From a virus (Duplodnaviria; Heunggongvirae; Uroviricota; Caudoviricetes): DNA of 54,948 bases. The translations under genes were made by a program, and so were the position numbers. Each line of letters opens with the position of its first letter. Positions within the stretch are counted from its first letter, which is position 1. The DNA lies in IMG/VR virus record IMGVR_UViG_3300033074_000450, positions 64,001-118,948 of that record, one strand, 5' to 3'. Positions 24,590-33,655 of this stretch are shown in pieces. The notes beneath the pieces were generated by a model. The model saw only the letters and a list, made by a program, of their open reading frames with translations. It was not told the DNA's origin and searched no databases.

Positions 24590-25679
24590 CCACTCTCACT
24601 CGTAGTCCAACTGGGAATCTCGGAATCCCATCTGGAGTCAATCCTTGATATTGGACTGTAAGTTGTTTTCCTTTGTACTTTTCAAAATTGACAAAGTACT
24701 CAGTAAGAGCTTCCAGCTCACCTTTAAGTTTAGCTTTGAATTCTTTTCCTTCAGCAGTTTTTACGATAAAGGCTCCAGCTTTACCTTGAAGCTTACCATT
24801 ACCTTCTTGAACCCCGATAATTTCAAACTCAGCATCTTTCATGATTTTTACTTTAAGAAGACTGACGCTTCGTTTGTTCTCGTAAGACATTAGAGGGTTA
24901 CGATACATGGCTCCTTCATAACCAGCTTCGAGGAAAGCATCGAAGACCTCATCCATCTCCGATTGCTGCTTAACAATCATAGTAGGAACCAATTTAAGGT
25001 ATCCAGAGTCATCAATAAGATGCTGGATTAGAGCAGTTCTAACAGCGTAGTTTTCTTCAGAGACCACATCGTAAACATGATATTGGATTTCTGTGGCTTC
25101 GGGATGAACTTCATCTCGTTTAATTAGAGACATGATTCTGTTGAAGTTTTCCTTGTGTTCATGATTATAAAGTTCCCCATCCAAGATAATTGTTTGACCA
25201 GCAAACTTATTCTCAATCTCGGCTACGATATGAGGGACCGTGTTAATCTCTTTTTGAGTCCTGCTGAAGAGCTTACATTTTCCATCTTGTACCATTGCGA
25301 TACAACGCATACCATCAAGCTTTGGTTGGACGTATGCTGGATATTTAACGTATTTGAGCTTGTCTTCTATTGGGAATGCAAGCATTGGCTCAACTGCTCC
25401 TAGAGTATTTTTAGTGCTTTTGGCAAGCTCTACATCTGGAACGTAACCTTCTTTAACTTTCTTTTCAAATAACTGTTCTGCTTTGAGACGAGCCTGTTGT
25501 TCGGGAGTTGTCTCATTTACTTTACCAATATTCTTGCCAGTCTTTATAACGTCTTGAGTAGCTTGGAGTTTTCCCCCAACCTGTCCAAATTCGGTATTAA
25601 CTACGTTACCTTCAACCCAGACCCTCCATTGCTGTAGAGTTCCTGTATTGTTCTGCTTAAATAATGTGTTAAGTTCCAT
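24582..25679 (-). CDS. ATP-dependent DNA ligase with N-terminal WGR-like domain
   Basis: QPKLDGMR (I), LDGELY (III), YHVYDV (IIIa), EGAMYR (IV), LLKVK (V), RFP (VI); N-terminal QQWRVW..EFGQVG..KKVKEGY. Confidence 0.93.
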   Translation of the reverse strand: MELNTLFKQNNTGTLQQWRVWVEGNVVNTEFGQVGGKLQATQDVIKTGKNIGKVNETTPEQQARLKAEQLFEKKVKEGYVPDVELAKSTKNTLGAVEPMLAFPIEDKLKYVKYPAYVQPKLDGMRCIAMVQDGKCKLFSRTQKEINTVPHIVAEIENKFAGQTIILDGELYNHEHKENFNRIMSLIKRDEVHPEATEIQYHVYDVVSEENYAVRTALIQHLIDDSGYLKLVPTMIVKQQSEMDEVFDAFLEAGYEGAMYRNPLMSYENKRSVSLLKVKIMKDAEFEIIGVQEGNGKLQGKAGAFIVKTAEGKEFKAKLKGELEALTEYFVNFEKYKGKQLTVQYQGLTPDGIPRFPVGLRVRVDE

Positions 25680-25702
25680 ATCAGTCCTCCCGATTATTAG
25701 TA

Positions 25703-25731
25703 AGAATAGATTGATTTTAAAGGAAAGTCAA
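25703..25731 (-). promoter_or_regulatory. sigma70-type promoter (ligase operon)
   Basis: Minus strand TTGACT-17nt-TATTCT. Confidence 0.75.
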
Positions 25732-25739
25732 ATAAAATG

Positions 25740-25768
25740 TTGACACATATCTTAAAGCAGTCTAATCT
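25740..25768 (+). promoter_or_regulatory. sigma70-type promoter (sigma-factor operon)
   Basis: TTGACA-17nt-TAATCT, divergent from the ligase promoter. Confidence 0.75.
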
Positions 25769-25784
25769 ATAAATAGGAGGAAAT

Positions 25785-25985
25785 ATGAAAATTTTACCCG
25801 TACACCTTTTAAAACTCCGTTGGCTCCTTGCTAATACAGACCTCTTGAAGAGGACTGAGCTGGAGCTGGTACAAAATATGCAACAATCTTGGTCAAAAGT
25901 CAATTACTTAGTTTCCTGTCCTGTAACTTTGTCTGCATTGGATAAAGTTTATGAGTCTGTCAAAAAGGAGTACACATGTCAGTAA
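25785..25985 (+). CDS. Hypothetical protein upstream of sigma
   Basis: SD AGGAGG; overlaps the sigma start. Confidence 0.6.
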   Translation: MKILPVHLLKLRWLLANTDLLKRTELELVQNMQQSWSKVNYLVSCPVTLSALDKVYESVKKEYTCQ

Positions 25986-27502
25986 AAGATACGCTCGAAT
26001 CTTACAGTGCAGAATTAGATGTGGTCAAGTCGTATCTTGCCAAACTGAATAGATTGGAACTTCTTACCAAGGACCAAGAAGCTGAGATTTGCAAAGCTAT
26101 CGAAGTTGGAGAAGATAAGATTCTGAAAGTGTGTGTCAGGTCCCCTCTCATTTTGAAACAGATTCTTTCTTACAGAAATATTCTAATAGAGAATCCTTCT
26201 ATGGTAGTTGGCATGGTTAGAAAGCTAGACGAGGAATCCTCTGATGAAGAAATAAATGAAACCTTTAAAAGGATGTTTACCCTTTTTGAGGCTATTGACA
26301 CTTTCCTAGATAAGCCTACAAAAGTTTTGGAAAAGAAGATTGTTAGTGAATTACAGGAACTCACCTTTAATACTAAAACCATCACGGCTTTTCTTCAACC
26401 ATTCAAAGACTTAGTTCAGAAGGCTAAGGATTTGAGAAAGAAGAGTGACCTCAATCTCAAAGAGTTAAGACTCGAAAACCATAAACACTTTGCAAAACTG
26501 TTGATTTCTTTGACAGATAAACTTGAAGGTAATGAGCCTATTTTAAATGAAGAAGCTGTGAGTAATCTAGCCCACTCTCTTGGCTTTTCTGTAAAAGAGA
26601 CAAGAGCCATGATTGAAGCTCAGAAAACTTTGATGCGTGAATTAGCCATAAATTCAGTATTGCTTGAAAAAGACTATAAGAAGCTGGAAACTACTAACTC
26701 AGTTTTATTCAAAGCGGAGCAAACTGCAATCCTAGCCAAAAACAAACTAATTGAGGGAAATCTTCGTTTAGTAGTTTCACGGGCTAAAAAGTTCACTAAC
26801 CGAGGTTTGGAGTTTGAGGATTTGATTCAGGAAGGTAACATTGGGCTAATGAAGGCTGTTGATAAGTTTGAATATCGAAAAGGTTATAAATTCAGTACTT
26901 ATGCAACATGGTGGATTGACCAAGTTCTAGGAAGGTCTATTGCAGACCAATCCAGAATGATTCGTTTACCAGTCCACATGGTTGAGACCGTCAACGCTGT
27001 TAACAAAGCTAGAGCCCGATTGATTCAGGTTCTAGGCAAGGAACCATCTGTGGAAGACCTAATCAAAGCTACTAAGCTTGAGGAAGATAAAGTACGAAAA
27101 GCTCTCTCTATTGCAAAAGACCCAATTAGCTTTGAGACGGAGGTTTCTGGAGACCAAGATTCCCCAGAAGGTTCAACTCTCGAAGATTTTATCGCAGACA
27201 CTTCCGAGACCAGTGCCTACAAGAATGTGGTTAGACAAGCCCTGATGGAGGGTATTAGAAAGCTCTTGTCAAGACTTCCTCCTAGAGATGAGAAGATTAT
27301 TAGGCTTCGTTTTGGTATTGGGGAGCCTTTGAACGAAGATTATACTCTAGAAGAGATTGGAAATAAGTTTCCAAATACTAAAACTGGAGAGCCTTTGACC
27401 AGAGAACGTATTCGACAAATTGAAGAAAAATGTAAGGCCAAACTCAAGAAAATGAGCAAGGGTGAGATTTTCAAGCTCTTGTTCCTTTCAGAAGATTTGT
27501 AA
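25976..27502 (+). CDS. rpoD: Phage-encoded RpoD-like group 1 sigma70 factor lacking region 1.1
   Basis: Region 1.2 DVVKSYL..LLTKDQE; non-conserved region; [49 protein letters not shown]; IRLPVHMVE; TLEEIG...TRERIRQIE. Confidence 0.97.
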   Translation: MSVKDTLESYSAELDVVKSYLAKLNRLELLTKDQEAEICKAIEVGEDKILKVCVRSPLILKQILSYRNILIENPSMVVGMVRKLDEESSDEEINETFKRMFTLFEAIDTFLDKPTKVLEKKIVSELQELTFNTKTITAFLQPFKDLVQKAKDLRKKSDLNLKELRLENHKHFAKLLISLTDKLEGNEPILNEEAVSNLAHSLGFSVKETRAMIEAQKTLMRELAINSVLLEKDYKKLETTNSVLFKAEQTAILAKNKLIEGNLRLVVSRAKKFTNRGLEFEDLIQEGNIGLMKAVDKFEYRKGYKFSTYATWWIDQVLGRSIADQSRMIRLPVHMVETVNAVNKARARLIQVLGKEPSVEDLIKATKLEEDKVRKALSIAKDPISFETEVSGDQDSPEGSTLEDFIADTSETSAYKNVVRQALMEGIRKLLSRLPPRDEKIIRLRFGIGEPLNEDYTLEEIGNKFPNTKTGEPLTRERIRQIEEKCKAKLKKMSKGEIFKLLFLSEDL

Positions 27503-27522
27503 ATTCTTCCATACTCTCAGAA

Positions 27523-27533
27523 ATGATATAATT
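27523..27533 (+). promoter_or_regulatory. Putative late promoter
   Basis: ATGATATAATT, 8 nt before the next ATG. Confidence 0.7.
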
Positions 27534-27541
27534 ATGGGAGT

Positions 27542-28318
27542 ATGGCTGATATCAATGTTAAATTTAGAGCTGCTGAACTGGGTAAGTCTTTGGAGAATCT
27601 CGCTTATGAGGTCCAACAAGAACTAGACCAGGCCATCAAGGATACCGCTAATGCGGCTTATGCGACCATTGTAGCTAAGGCTCAAGCTGACCTTAATTCG
27701 ACTAGAGCTGACTATTTAAAAGGATTGTCTTTTGAAGAGCTAGGGAATAACACCTATCTAATCACTTTAGAAGGTGATTGGGCTAATGCCCTTGAAAAGG
27801 GATTTTCAGGATTTGATATCCGTGAATGGATGTTATCCTCTGAGAAGGTAGTTCAGGTAGGAACTAGGACGGGACAAAAATGGGTACAGACTGGAGCTAG
27901 TGGTCAGAAATTCGCACACGTTCCTTTTGAGCATAGGCCACATTCTAAGGCTCCTAAAACGTCTGATTTGGCTCAAGCTATAAAAAAATTACAAACACAC
28001 AATCGTTCTGGCAGAGTCCAGAAATTCACTTCTATCTTTAAAGATGCTGCTGGTAAGCCTCTTGAGGGACGAGTAGCTTCAGTTAAAAAAGTTGAAGGAT
28101 TTCCTCAACTTGACGGTATTACAAAGTATCAGAAAATCTACAAAAACGAATCTACAGGTAAGCAGAGTGTTCAGTCCGTCTATATGACTTTTAGGACTGT
28201 TTCTGAAGCTGCTGAGTCTTGGAGACATCCAGGCTTTGAGGGTCTCAAAGCTTTTGATGAAGCCGAGAAATGGGTAGAAGAGCAGATTGATACAATTATA
28301 ATGACCCTGATTAAATAA
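27542..28318 (+). CDS. Putative neck / tail-completion protein
   Basis: Lies between head and sheath genes; HK97 gp10-like position and W.HPGF end. Confidence 0.5.
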   Translation: MADINVKFRAAELGKSLENLAYEVQQELDQAIKDTANAAYATIVAKAQADLNSTRADYLKGLSFEELGNNTYLITLEGDWANALEKGFSGFDIREWMLSSEKVVQVGTRTGQKWVQTGASGQKFAHVPFEHRPHSKAPKTSDLAQAIKKLQTHNRSGRVQKFTSIFKDAAGKPLEGRVASVKKVEGFPQLDGITKYQKIYKNESTGKQSVQSVYMTFRTVSEAAESWRHPGFEGLKAFDEAEKWVEEQIDTIIMTLIK

Positions 28319-28328
28319 GAGGTAAGAC

Positions 28329-29291
28329 ATGTCATTTACAATGCCTGATTTGGTTGTTGAGTCCATTCTTCGTGAAGGATTCATGGCTTTAAAAAGAAAG
28401 CCTGAGCTTATTGATGACGTTTTTGCAAGTCTTACAAAGAACTACGCAGATAAAAAATACGGTCAAAAAGAACTTCAGAGAATCAAGGACGCTATACAGA
28501 AGCGTGACTGGGGATTCGTACATAGCTTCGGTGAGGTGGAATCCAATCTACCTTGTGTATCTATTCAGCTTGGCAATGAATCTGAGGATAAAGGTACAGC
28601 CCACTTAGAAGACTTCGAGGCAGACGTTACTGAAAATATTACAGACCCAGATGAATTAGCTGGTCTTGTAAAAATTTCAAATATTCAACCCCTGGACTAT
28701 GACGAACTCAGTGGAACTGTTTACCTAGATAACTCTGTAAATCTTTCAAGTGTTTATCCCAATCTCCTCTACGTTGACGCTGCTGGAGTAGAACATAAGA
28801 TTATCGGAGGCATAGACAATACAAGCGGTCAGAAGCAATTTGTGGTCGAGCCTATGTCAGAAGTTGATATTTCCGACGAGGGTCATATCAAATCTAGTAT
28901 TGATTTTAAGCAATATACTGAAAGAGGAGTCCACAATGATGTTCAGATTTTGCTGGGTATCCATACCAAGGACGCTCTCCTAACCAAGTATTTCTATATT
29001 TTAGTTAAGTATTTCCTCTTGTCTAGAAAGAAGGACATGATTGACCGTTGTTTCATCGTTTCCTCTTACCAAGGCTCTGATTTCACTAGGAACTTAAAAT
29101 ATGAGGGTGACATTGTTTACACTCGTTTTTTGACCATTACTGGTAAAGTTCAAGATACCTTCCGTTCTGACCAGGCTGATATCTTTGACAATGTTGAAGT
29201 TATTACAAAAGTACCTAAAGACGTAGCTACCACTGAGGACTTGGATTTACAAGACCAAACAGTGCAGGTTGGGGAGACCGACCAAGAGTAG
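28329..29291 (+). CDS. Putative tail terminator / tail completion protein
   Basis: Upstream of sheath; LPCVSIQL..E.E, VQILLGIH, YTRFLTI pattern. Confidence 0.55.
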   Translation: MSFTMPDLVVESILREGFMALKRKPELIDDVFASLTKNYADKKYGQKELQRIKDAIQKRDWGFVHSFGEVESNLPCVSIQLGNESEDKGTAHLEDFEADVTENITDPDELAGLVKISNIQPLDYDELSGTVYLDNSVNLSSVYPNLLYVDAAGVEHKIIGGIDNTSGQKQFVVEPMSEVDISDEGHIKSSIDFKQYTERGVHNDVQILLGIHTKDALLTKYFYILVKYFLLSRKKDMIDRCFIVSSYQGSDFTRNLKYEGDIVYTRFLTITGKVQDTFRSDQADIFDNVEVITKVPKDVATTEDLDLQDQTVQVGETDQE

Positions 29292-29314
29292 CTATAAAAT
29301 TATTCCATAGGTTT

Positions 29315-29325
29315 AGGGTATAATT
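29315..29325 (+). promoter_or_regulatory. Variant late promoter
   Basis: AGGGTATAATT; ATG at 29331 with no SD. Confidence 0.5.
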
Positions 29326-29330
29326 GTAGT

Positions 29331-29549
29331 ATGTCTGGAAAAAAAGAAAAGGCTTCAAAAAAGAAGCAAGACAACAAAATTGAAGCTAAACCTGAAAAGA
29401 TACCTTTTTCAGCATGGTTTTTTAAGCGTGTAGAAGAAGGAAAGCTTCAATTTTGGCAAAAAAAAGAGATATCAGTTTTCTTCAAATCTAAAGGTTTGTC
29501 CGAGAACGAAGAATCAGATAAATACTCAGAATTGTTGAAACTTTATTAA
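29331..29549 (+). CDS. Small basic protein preceding sheath
   Basis: Position before sheath; probably leaderless. Confidence 0.55.
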   Translation: MSGKKEKASKKKQDNKIEAKPEKIPFSAWFFKRVEEGKLQFWQKKEISVFFKSKGLSENEESDKYSELLKLY

Positions 29550-29566
29550 CTAAGGAGAGATTTCAA

Positions 29567-31423
29567 ATGGGAATCAAAAAATCTTTCGCTGGAGCATCAA
29601 TCAGAAAACCTGGAGCATATTCTAGGTCTAAAGTTGATAATTCGAGTGGAGCACCTCTTGGAACGAATGACACATTATTTTTAATCGGAGAAGCCGATTC
29701 TGGTAGAGCTGGTTCTGTTGAAGGAATCGTAGAATTTACTGCTGAACAAATTGACCGCTTAATCGAAAAGTTCACTTCTGGTCCTGTTGTTGACTGTGCT
29801 CTTGCAGCTACCCGTCCATCCCCAGATTCTACTATCGGTGGAGCTGGTCGTATTTTAGTGTATATCACTAATGCGTTGGCTCAAGCGTCTAGAACTGTAA
29901 ACGAAGCTACCAATACCAACCCTCTTTACTCTGTAAAAGACCGTAAAGGTGGAGTTTCTGGTAATGACCTTTCAATCACTATTGCCAACGGTACTGTTCC
30001 TGCTCGTCAGAAACTTATCACTATCAATCGTTTGAATGATACCGCTGAAGTATTGGGTGAGAATCCTGGTACTGCTGTAATCTCGATTGATTACACTGGA
30101 GATGCTACAACTGCTTCTGCTGTGATTTCTGGAGCTTCTAAAGCTGCCAAAACTCTTGCAATTACCCTTGCTGGAGACCAAACAGACGGTTCATTGAACC
30201 AAAGCATTATGCTTGCAAACTATACTTTCAAACAACTTGTGGACTTCATCAATGCTCAAGTAGGTTATGCTGCTGTTCTTTTGGATTCTTCTAAAGCTGC
30301 TTTGAAAGCTAATGAGCTTGACTCAATCGGTGCTACTAGCATTCTTTCAGTTACTAGCTTGTATCGTCTTCAAGAAGAAATTCTTGAACTCATCAATGAA
30401 TCTGACCGTGTAGAGGCTTCTTTGGCCGCTACTCCTGTTGTAGGTCTGCCTGTCAACTTGACTAACTCCTTCCTTTCGGGTGGAGCTAAAGGTGCATCTA
30501 CTAACTCTAGCTTCTCAACTGGACTCTCTAAGTCACTTGCACGAGACTACTCTGTAGCTCTTCCTTGTATCTCTAGAGACGCTTCTGCTGATATCGCTGA
30601 CGGCATGACTGATGCAGGTTCTACTTATACTATCGCTGCTGTTCAAGCCGCTCTGGAAACTCACCTTGTTCTTCGTGGTTCTGTTAAGAATCGTAAAGAA
30701 GCTCAAGGCCACACTGGTTTCCGTGATGCTCAGAAAGCTGACTGTTTTGCTCAAGCTGCTAACATCGGTTCTGAGTTGGTTCAGGTTTCAATCCAGGACG
30801 TTTTAGTTCTTGATGTGAACGGTGACTTGGCTTGGAAACATCCTCATGTTCACGCTGCCCTTTGTGCAGGTATCCGATTGGGTACTGAAGTCGGTGAGCC
30901 TTTGACTCACAAGTTCCTAAACGTAAACGGAGTTGGTCACGTTGTAGACCCTCTGACTGGTTTGGAAACTGGAGACTTTAACGAGAGTCTGGATGTTGAT
31001 GATGCAATCGACGCTGGAGTTACCTTCTCTGAAAAAGCTCAGGGTGGACACCGAATCGTTGTGGATAACACAACTTATGGAGTTGACCAAAGCTTCGTAT
31101 TCAACAGGGGTTCTGTTGTAGAAGCTGCTCAGTTTACTGCTAAGACTCTTCGTGAGACTGCTGAATTGGTTTTCGTTGGTAAGAAAGTTTCTAACGGAGC
31201 TGCTTCTTCCATCAAGTCGGTTCTTCGCAATAAACTTGAAGAGTTGAACAGAGCTAACATCATCACCGCTTCTGACGATGCTCCTCAAGGTTTCGTAGAA
31301 GAGACTTTCGTAGTTACCGTAACTGGAAATACTGCTGAAGTTCAAGTTGAAGTTAAACCTGTTCAAGGATTGGACTTTGTATTCATTACTTTCACTTTGG
31401 GAGATATTAAGCAATCAGCTTAA
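29567..31423 (+). CDS. Contractile tail sheath protein
   Basis: IRKPGAYSRS N-terminus; LIGEADSG; IVVDNTTY; VEVKPVQGLDFVFITF C-terminus. Confidence 0.92.
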   Translation: MGIKKSFAGASIRKPGAYSRSKVDNSSGAPLGTNDTLFLIGEADSGRAGSVEGIVEFTAEQIDRLIEKFTSGPVVDCALAATRPSPDSTIGGAGRILVYITNALAQASRTVNEATNTNPLYSVKDRKGGVSGNDLSITIANGTVPARQKLITINRLNDTAEVLGENPGTAVISIDYTGDATTASAVISGASKAAKTLAITLAGDQTDGSLNQSIMLANYTFKQLVDFINAQVGYAAVLLDSSKAALKANELDSIGATSILSVTSLYRLQEEILELINESDRVEASLAATPVVGLPVNLTNSFLSGGAKGASTNSSFSTGLSKSLARDYSVALPCISRDASADIADGMTDAGSTYTIAAVQAALETHLVLRGSVKNRKEAQGHTGFRDAQKADCFAQAANIGSELVQVSIQDVLVLDVNGDLAWKHPHVHAALCAGIRLGTEVGEPLTHKFLNVNGVGHVVDPLTGLETGDFNESLDVDDAIDAGVTFSEKAQGGHRIVVDNTTYGVDQSFVFNRGSVVEAAQFTAKTLRETAELVFVGKKVSNGAASSIKSVLRNKLEELNRANIITASDDAPQGFVEETFVVTVTGNTAEVQVEVKPVQGLDFVFITFTLGDIKQSA

Positions 31424-31432
31424 TAAAAACTA

Positions 31433-31939
31433 ATGAGTAAAGTAATTGACTGGAGCAAAACTTTTAAGCCTGTAATTGGAGACCTGAAGAGGGGAGTAAA
31501 TTCCACTAATACTTCAGGTTCCATGAAAGAGTCTTTTCAAAAGAGCTATGCCCAGTTACAAGAGCAAGAGAAAGCTGAAGCGACTTTGAGAAAAGCTCTT
31601 CCAGTTATGAAGGGAATCCTCTTGCAACGTATGACAGAAAAAAGGCCGTTAAAGGTTATGAGACCCCTTCCTTACACTACAGAAACTCTGGGTGGAGATG
31701 AGGAAGATGATGGATTTTATAGCAATATGGCTAAAGGTGAGAACGCTTCTTTTAAGTCGATTACGAAAGTAATCCCTCCTGGTACTGAACTCACGTTCAT
31801 TACTTTAGAAAAGTCGATGAACCAGTTGTGGTTTAAGACTGATAAGGGTGAAGAAATCGGAATTTACTTAGATGAACAAAACAGGTTACTTACTCAAACA
31901 GATATTTATGAAGTAGTAGCCAAAGCTATGAAAGAATAA
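31433..31939 (+). CDS. Hypothetical protein with K|S/A motifs between sheath and tube
   Basis: FQKS, LRKA, LEKS, VAKA motifs. Confidence 0.55.
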   Translation: MSKVIDWSKTFKPVIGDLKRGVNSTNTSGSMKESFQKSYAQLQEQEKAEATLRKALPVMKGILLQRMTEKRPLKVMRPLPYTTETLGGDEEDDGFYSNMAKGENASFKSITKVIPPGTELTFITLEKSMNQLWFKTDKGEEIGIYLDEQNRLLTQTDIYEVVAKAMKE

Positions 31940-31957
31940 TTTTTAAGGAGAACTAAG

Positions 31958-32365
31958 ATGTCTAAAGTATTTACAGGTAGTAAAGCCAGTTTGAAACTGA
32001 ATGGTCAGAAAGTGGCTTTCGTTGGTAGCTTGAATATCAACCATGAAAACACTCTGACTGATATTGACGTACTAGACCAACTGGACGTTGCAGAACACGC
32101 TGAGACAGGTCACAAAGTAAGCTTTACTTGTAACTTGTTTAAAGTTGATGAGAACGCTGCCACATTGCTTGGTCTTGACCCATTGAACCTTGATGACATC
32201 TTGAGTCAACCTGAATTGACTATGGAAGTCTTTGACCGTGTAGGTGACAAAGTTCAGTACACTATGACAGGTGTTAAGTGGGAAGGTGGTTCGGGTTCTG
32301 TTGACGCTAGAGGCGTTTGGCAGGGTACTTGGAACTTCAAAGGTCGCAGAGGCCGAGGACTATAA
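31958..32365 (+). CDS. Tail tube protein
   Basis: 135 aa; VFTGSKASLKLNGQKVAF...EHAETG..VSFTC pattern; follows sheath. Confidence 0.85.
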   Translation: MSKVFTGSKASLKLNGQKVAFVGSLNINHENTLTDIDVLDQLDVAEHAETGHKVSFTCNLFKVDENAATLLGLDPLNLDDILSQPELTMEVFDRVGDKVQYTMTGVKWEGGSGSVDARGVWQGTWNFKGRRGRGL

Positions 32366-32391
32366 TCCTCTAATTTATAATCCAGACAAAG

Positions 32392-32421
32392 AAGGCTCAG
32401 GTTTCGTCCTGGGCCTTTTTA
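32392..32421 (+). terminator. Intrinsic terminator after tube (probably bidirectional)
   Basis: AAGGCTCAGG-tttcgt-CCTGGGCCTT plus T run; lies between convergent genes. Confidence 0.8.
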
Positions 32422-32597
32422 TTTTGTTGCCACTCATAAAGCCCAAGTCTCTCAGACTCGGCTACCATCTCGTCTAAAGCTTTTTCACGTTTTTTCTTGT
32501 CTCTATATTTTTTATAAAGGTAAAGGGGTACAATAATACTCCCTCCTGGAATCAGAAGTATAGCCGCTGCTATTTTAGCAGCTTCTTTGATTTTCAT
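32397..32597 (-). CDS. Small membrane protein
   Basis: Hydrophobic IAAAILLIPGGSIIVPLYLY followed by a basic stretch. Confidence 0.55.
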   Translation of the reverse strand: MKIKEAAKIAAAILLIPGGSIIVPLYLYKKYRDKKKREKALDEMVAESERLGLYEWQQNKKAQDET

Positions 32598-32600
32598 ATT

Positions 32601-33149
32601 TTAGTCCTTCTTGATGCCTTCGATTTTGGCTAGAGCTTCTTCAAACATTTTACGTTTCCTCTCAGCTACCTTTTCGGCTACCCTATCCTCAATCTCAAGA
32701 AAAGCTTTATACCCAGCCCTGAATGCATCCTCTAAAGGAGGAACGTCTGCCACTATTTTAGCCATGCGATTTAACTCAGTCTCTCGAAAATCATCCAGCT
32801 CTTGCATAAAAGCTTTAGTTTCTTCTAAAATAGCTCTCTGCTTCTTAATGTTCTCTAGACCTGCTTGAGAGAACTGCTTCTCAGTACCATTGATAACGCC
32901 ACATTTCATGCATACAAGCTTGGCAGAGGAACTTCGGCTCCCAACATCCATCAAGTTAAGCTCTTCCCAAGAGTGAGGCTCTCCTTTAGCAGAGCATGTG
33001 GTCGATTCATCCAATGGCATGAATACGGGAATGGGTGATGAATCCAGAGTCTTTTTCAAGGCTTCGGCTTGCTTCTTTTTGTAAAAAGTATAGAGTTTGA
33101 TACCCAAACCAAATCCCAGAATGAGACCGCTGATTGTAAGAAGTTCCAT
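32601..33149 (-). CDS. Membrane-anchored protein with Zn-finger-like Cys/His cluster
   Basis: N-terminal TM; C..HSW...CMKC; SD GGAGG. Confidence 0.65.
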   Translation of the reverse strand: MELLTISGLILGFGLGIKLYTFYKKKQAEALKKTLDSSPIPVFMPLDESTTCSAKGEPHSWEELNLMDVGSRSSSAKLVCMKCGVINGTEKQFSQAGLENIKKQRAILEETKAFMQELDDFRETELNRMAKIVADVPPLEDAFRAGYKAFLEIEDRVAEKVAERKRKMFEEALAKIEGIKKD

Positions 33150-33167
33150 TTACCCTCCTATCCTAGT

Positions 33168-33178
33168 GTGATATAATT
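33168..33178 (+). promoter_or_regulatory. Putative late promoter (chaperone/TMP operon)
   Basis: GTGATATAATT. Confidence 0.65.
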
Positions 33179-33179
33179 A

Positions 33180-33208
33180 TTTATATGACTTTTGTAAAAA
33201 GAAGTCAA
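33180..33208 (-). promoter_or_regulatory. sigma70-type promoter for the membrane-protein cassette
   Basis: Minus strand TTGACT-17nt-TATAAA. Confidence 0.65.
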
Positions 33209-33232
33209 TAAGATTAAGATTAAAGATATAAG

Positions 33233-33655
33233 ATGGAGAAAAACATGAGTAATCTCAATAACTTAAAGAAAACGCTTCCAGAAATGGAACATTCCTTCTC
33301 GATTGATTTGGAAGGTTCTTTGACCAAACAGGCATGGCAAGGGAACTTTACCTGCAAGATTCCTAACGCAAAAACCCAAGCCATGATTGCAAAACACAAG
33401 ACTCTACTGAATGGTGGATTCGACGAGCATCTGGATATTGGGACTAAAAACCTCCATCACATGATTAGTTATCTACGATATACCCTAACAGATATTCCCA
33501 AATGGTGGAAGGATGCTGATATGGGTTATGAGCTTTATGACATCAACGTAATTGAGGCGGTCTACGCTAAAGTACTTGAATTCGAGAAAGCTTGGTTTGA
33601 AGAGATTTGGGGACCTGGAGAAGAAAAGGTAGAGGAACCAGAAGCGAATGAGTAA
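33233..33655 (+). CDS. Tail assembly chaperone (start may be 33245)
   Basis: Between tube and TMP; SPO1/Twort-like TAC pattern (GNFTCKIP...YL...L..IP.WW). Confidence 0.7.
   Translation: MEKNMSNLNNLKKTLPEMEHSFSIDLEGSLTKQAWQGNFTCKIPNAKTQAMIAKHKTLLNGGFDEHLDIGTKNLHHMISYLRYTLTDIPKWWKDADMGYELYDINVIEAVYAKVLEFEKAWFEEIWGPGEEKVEEPEANE

Noticed and set aside
33600-33655. Programmed frameshift joining the two tail chaperones
   Set aside because: The second ORF's frame has a TAG at 33630-33632, I see no slippery heptamer in the short overlap, and it has its own SD and ATG.
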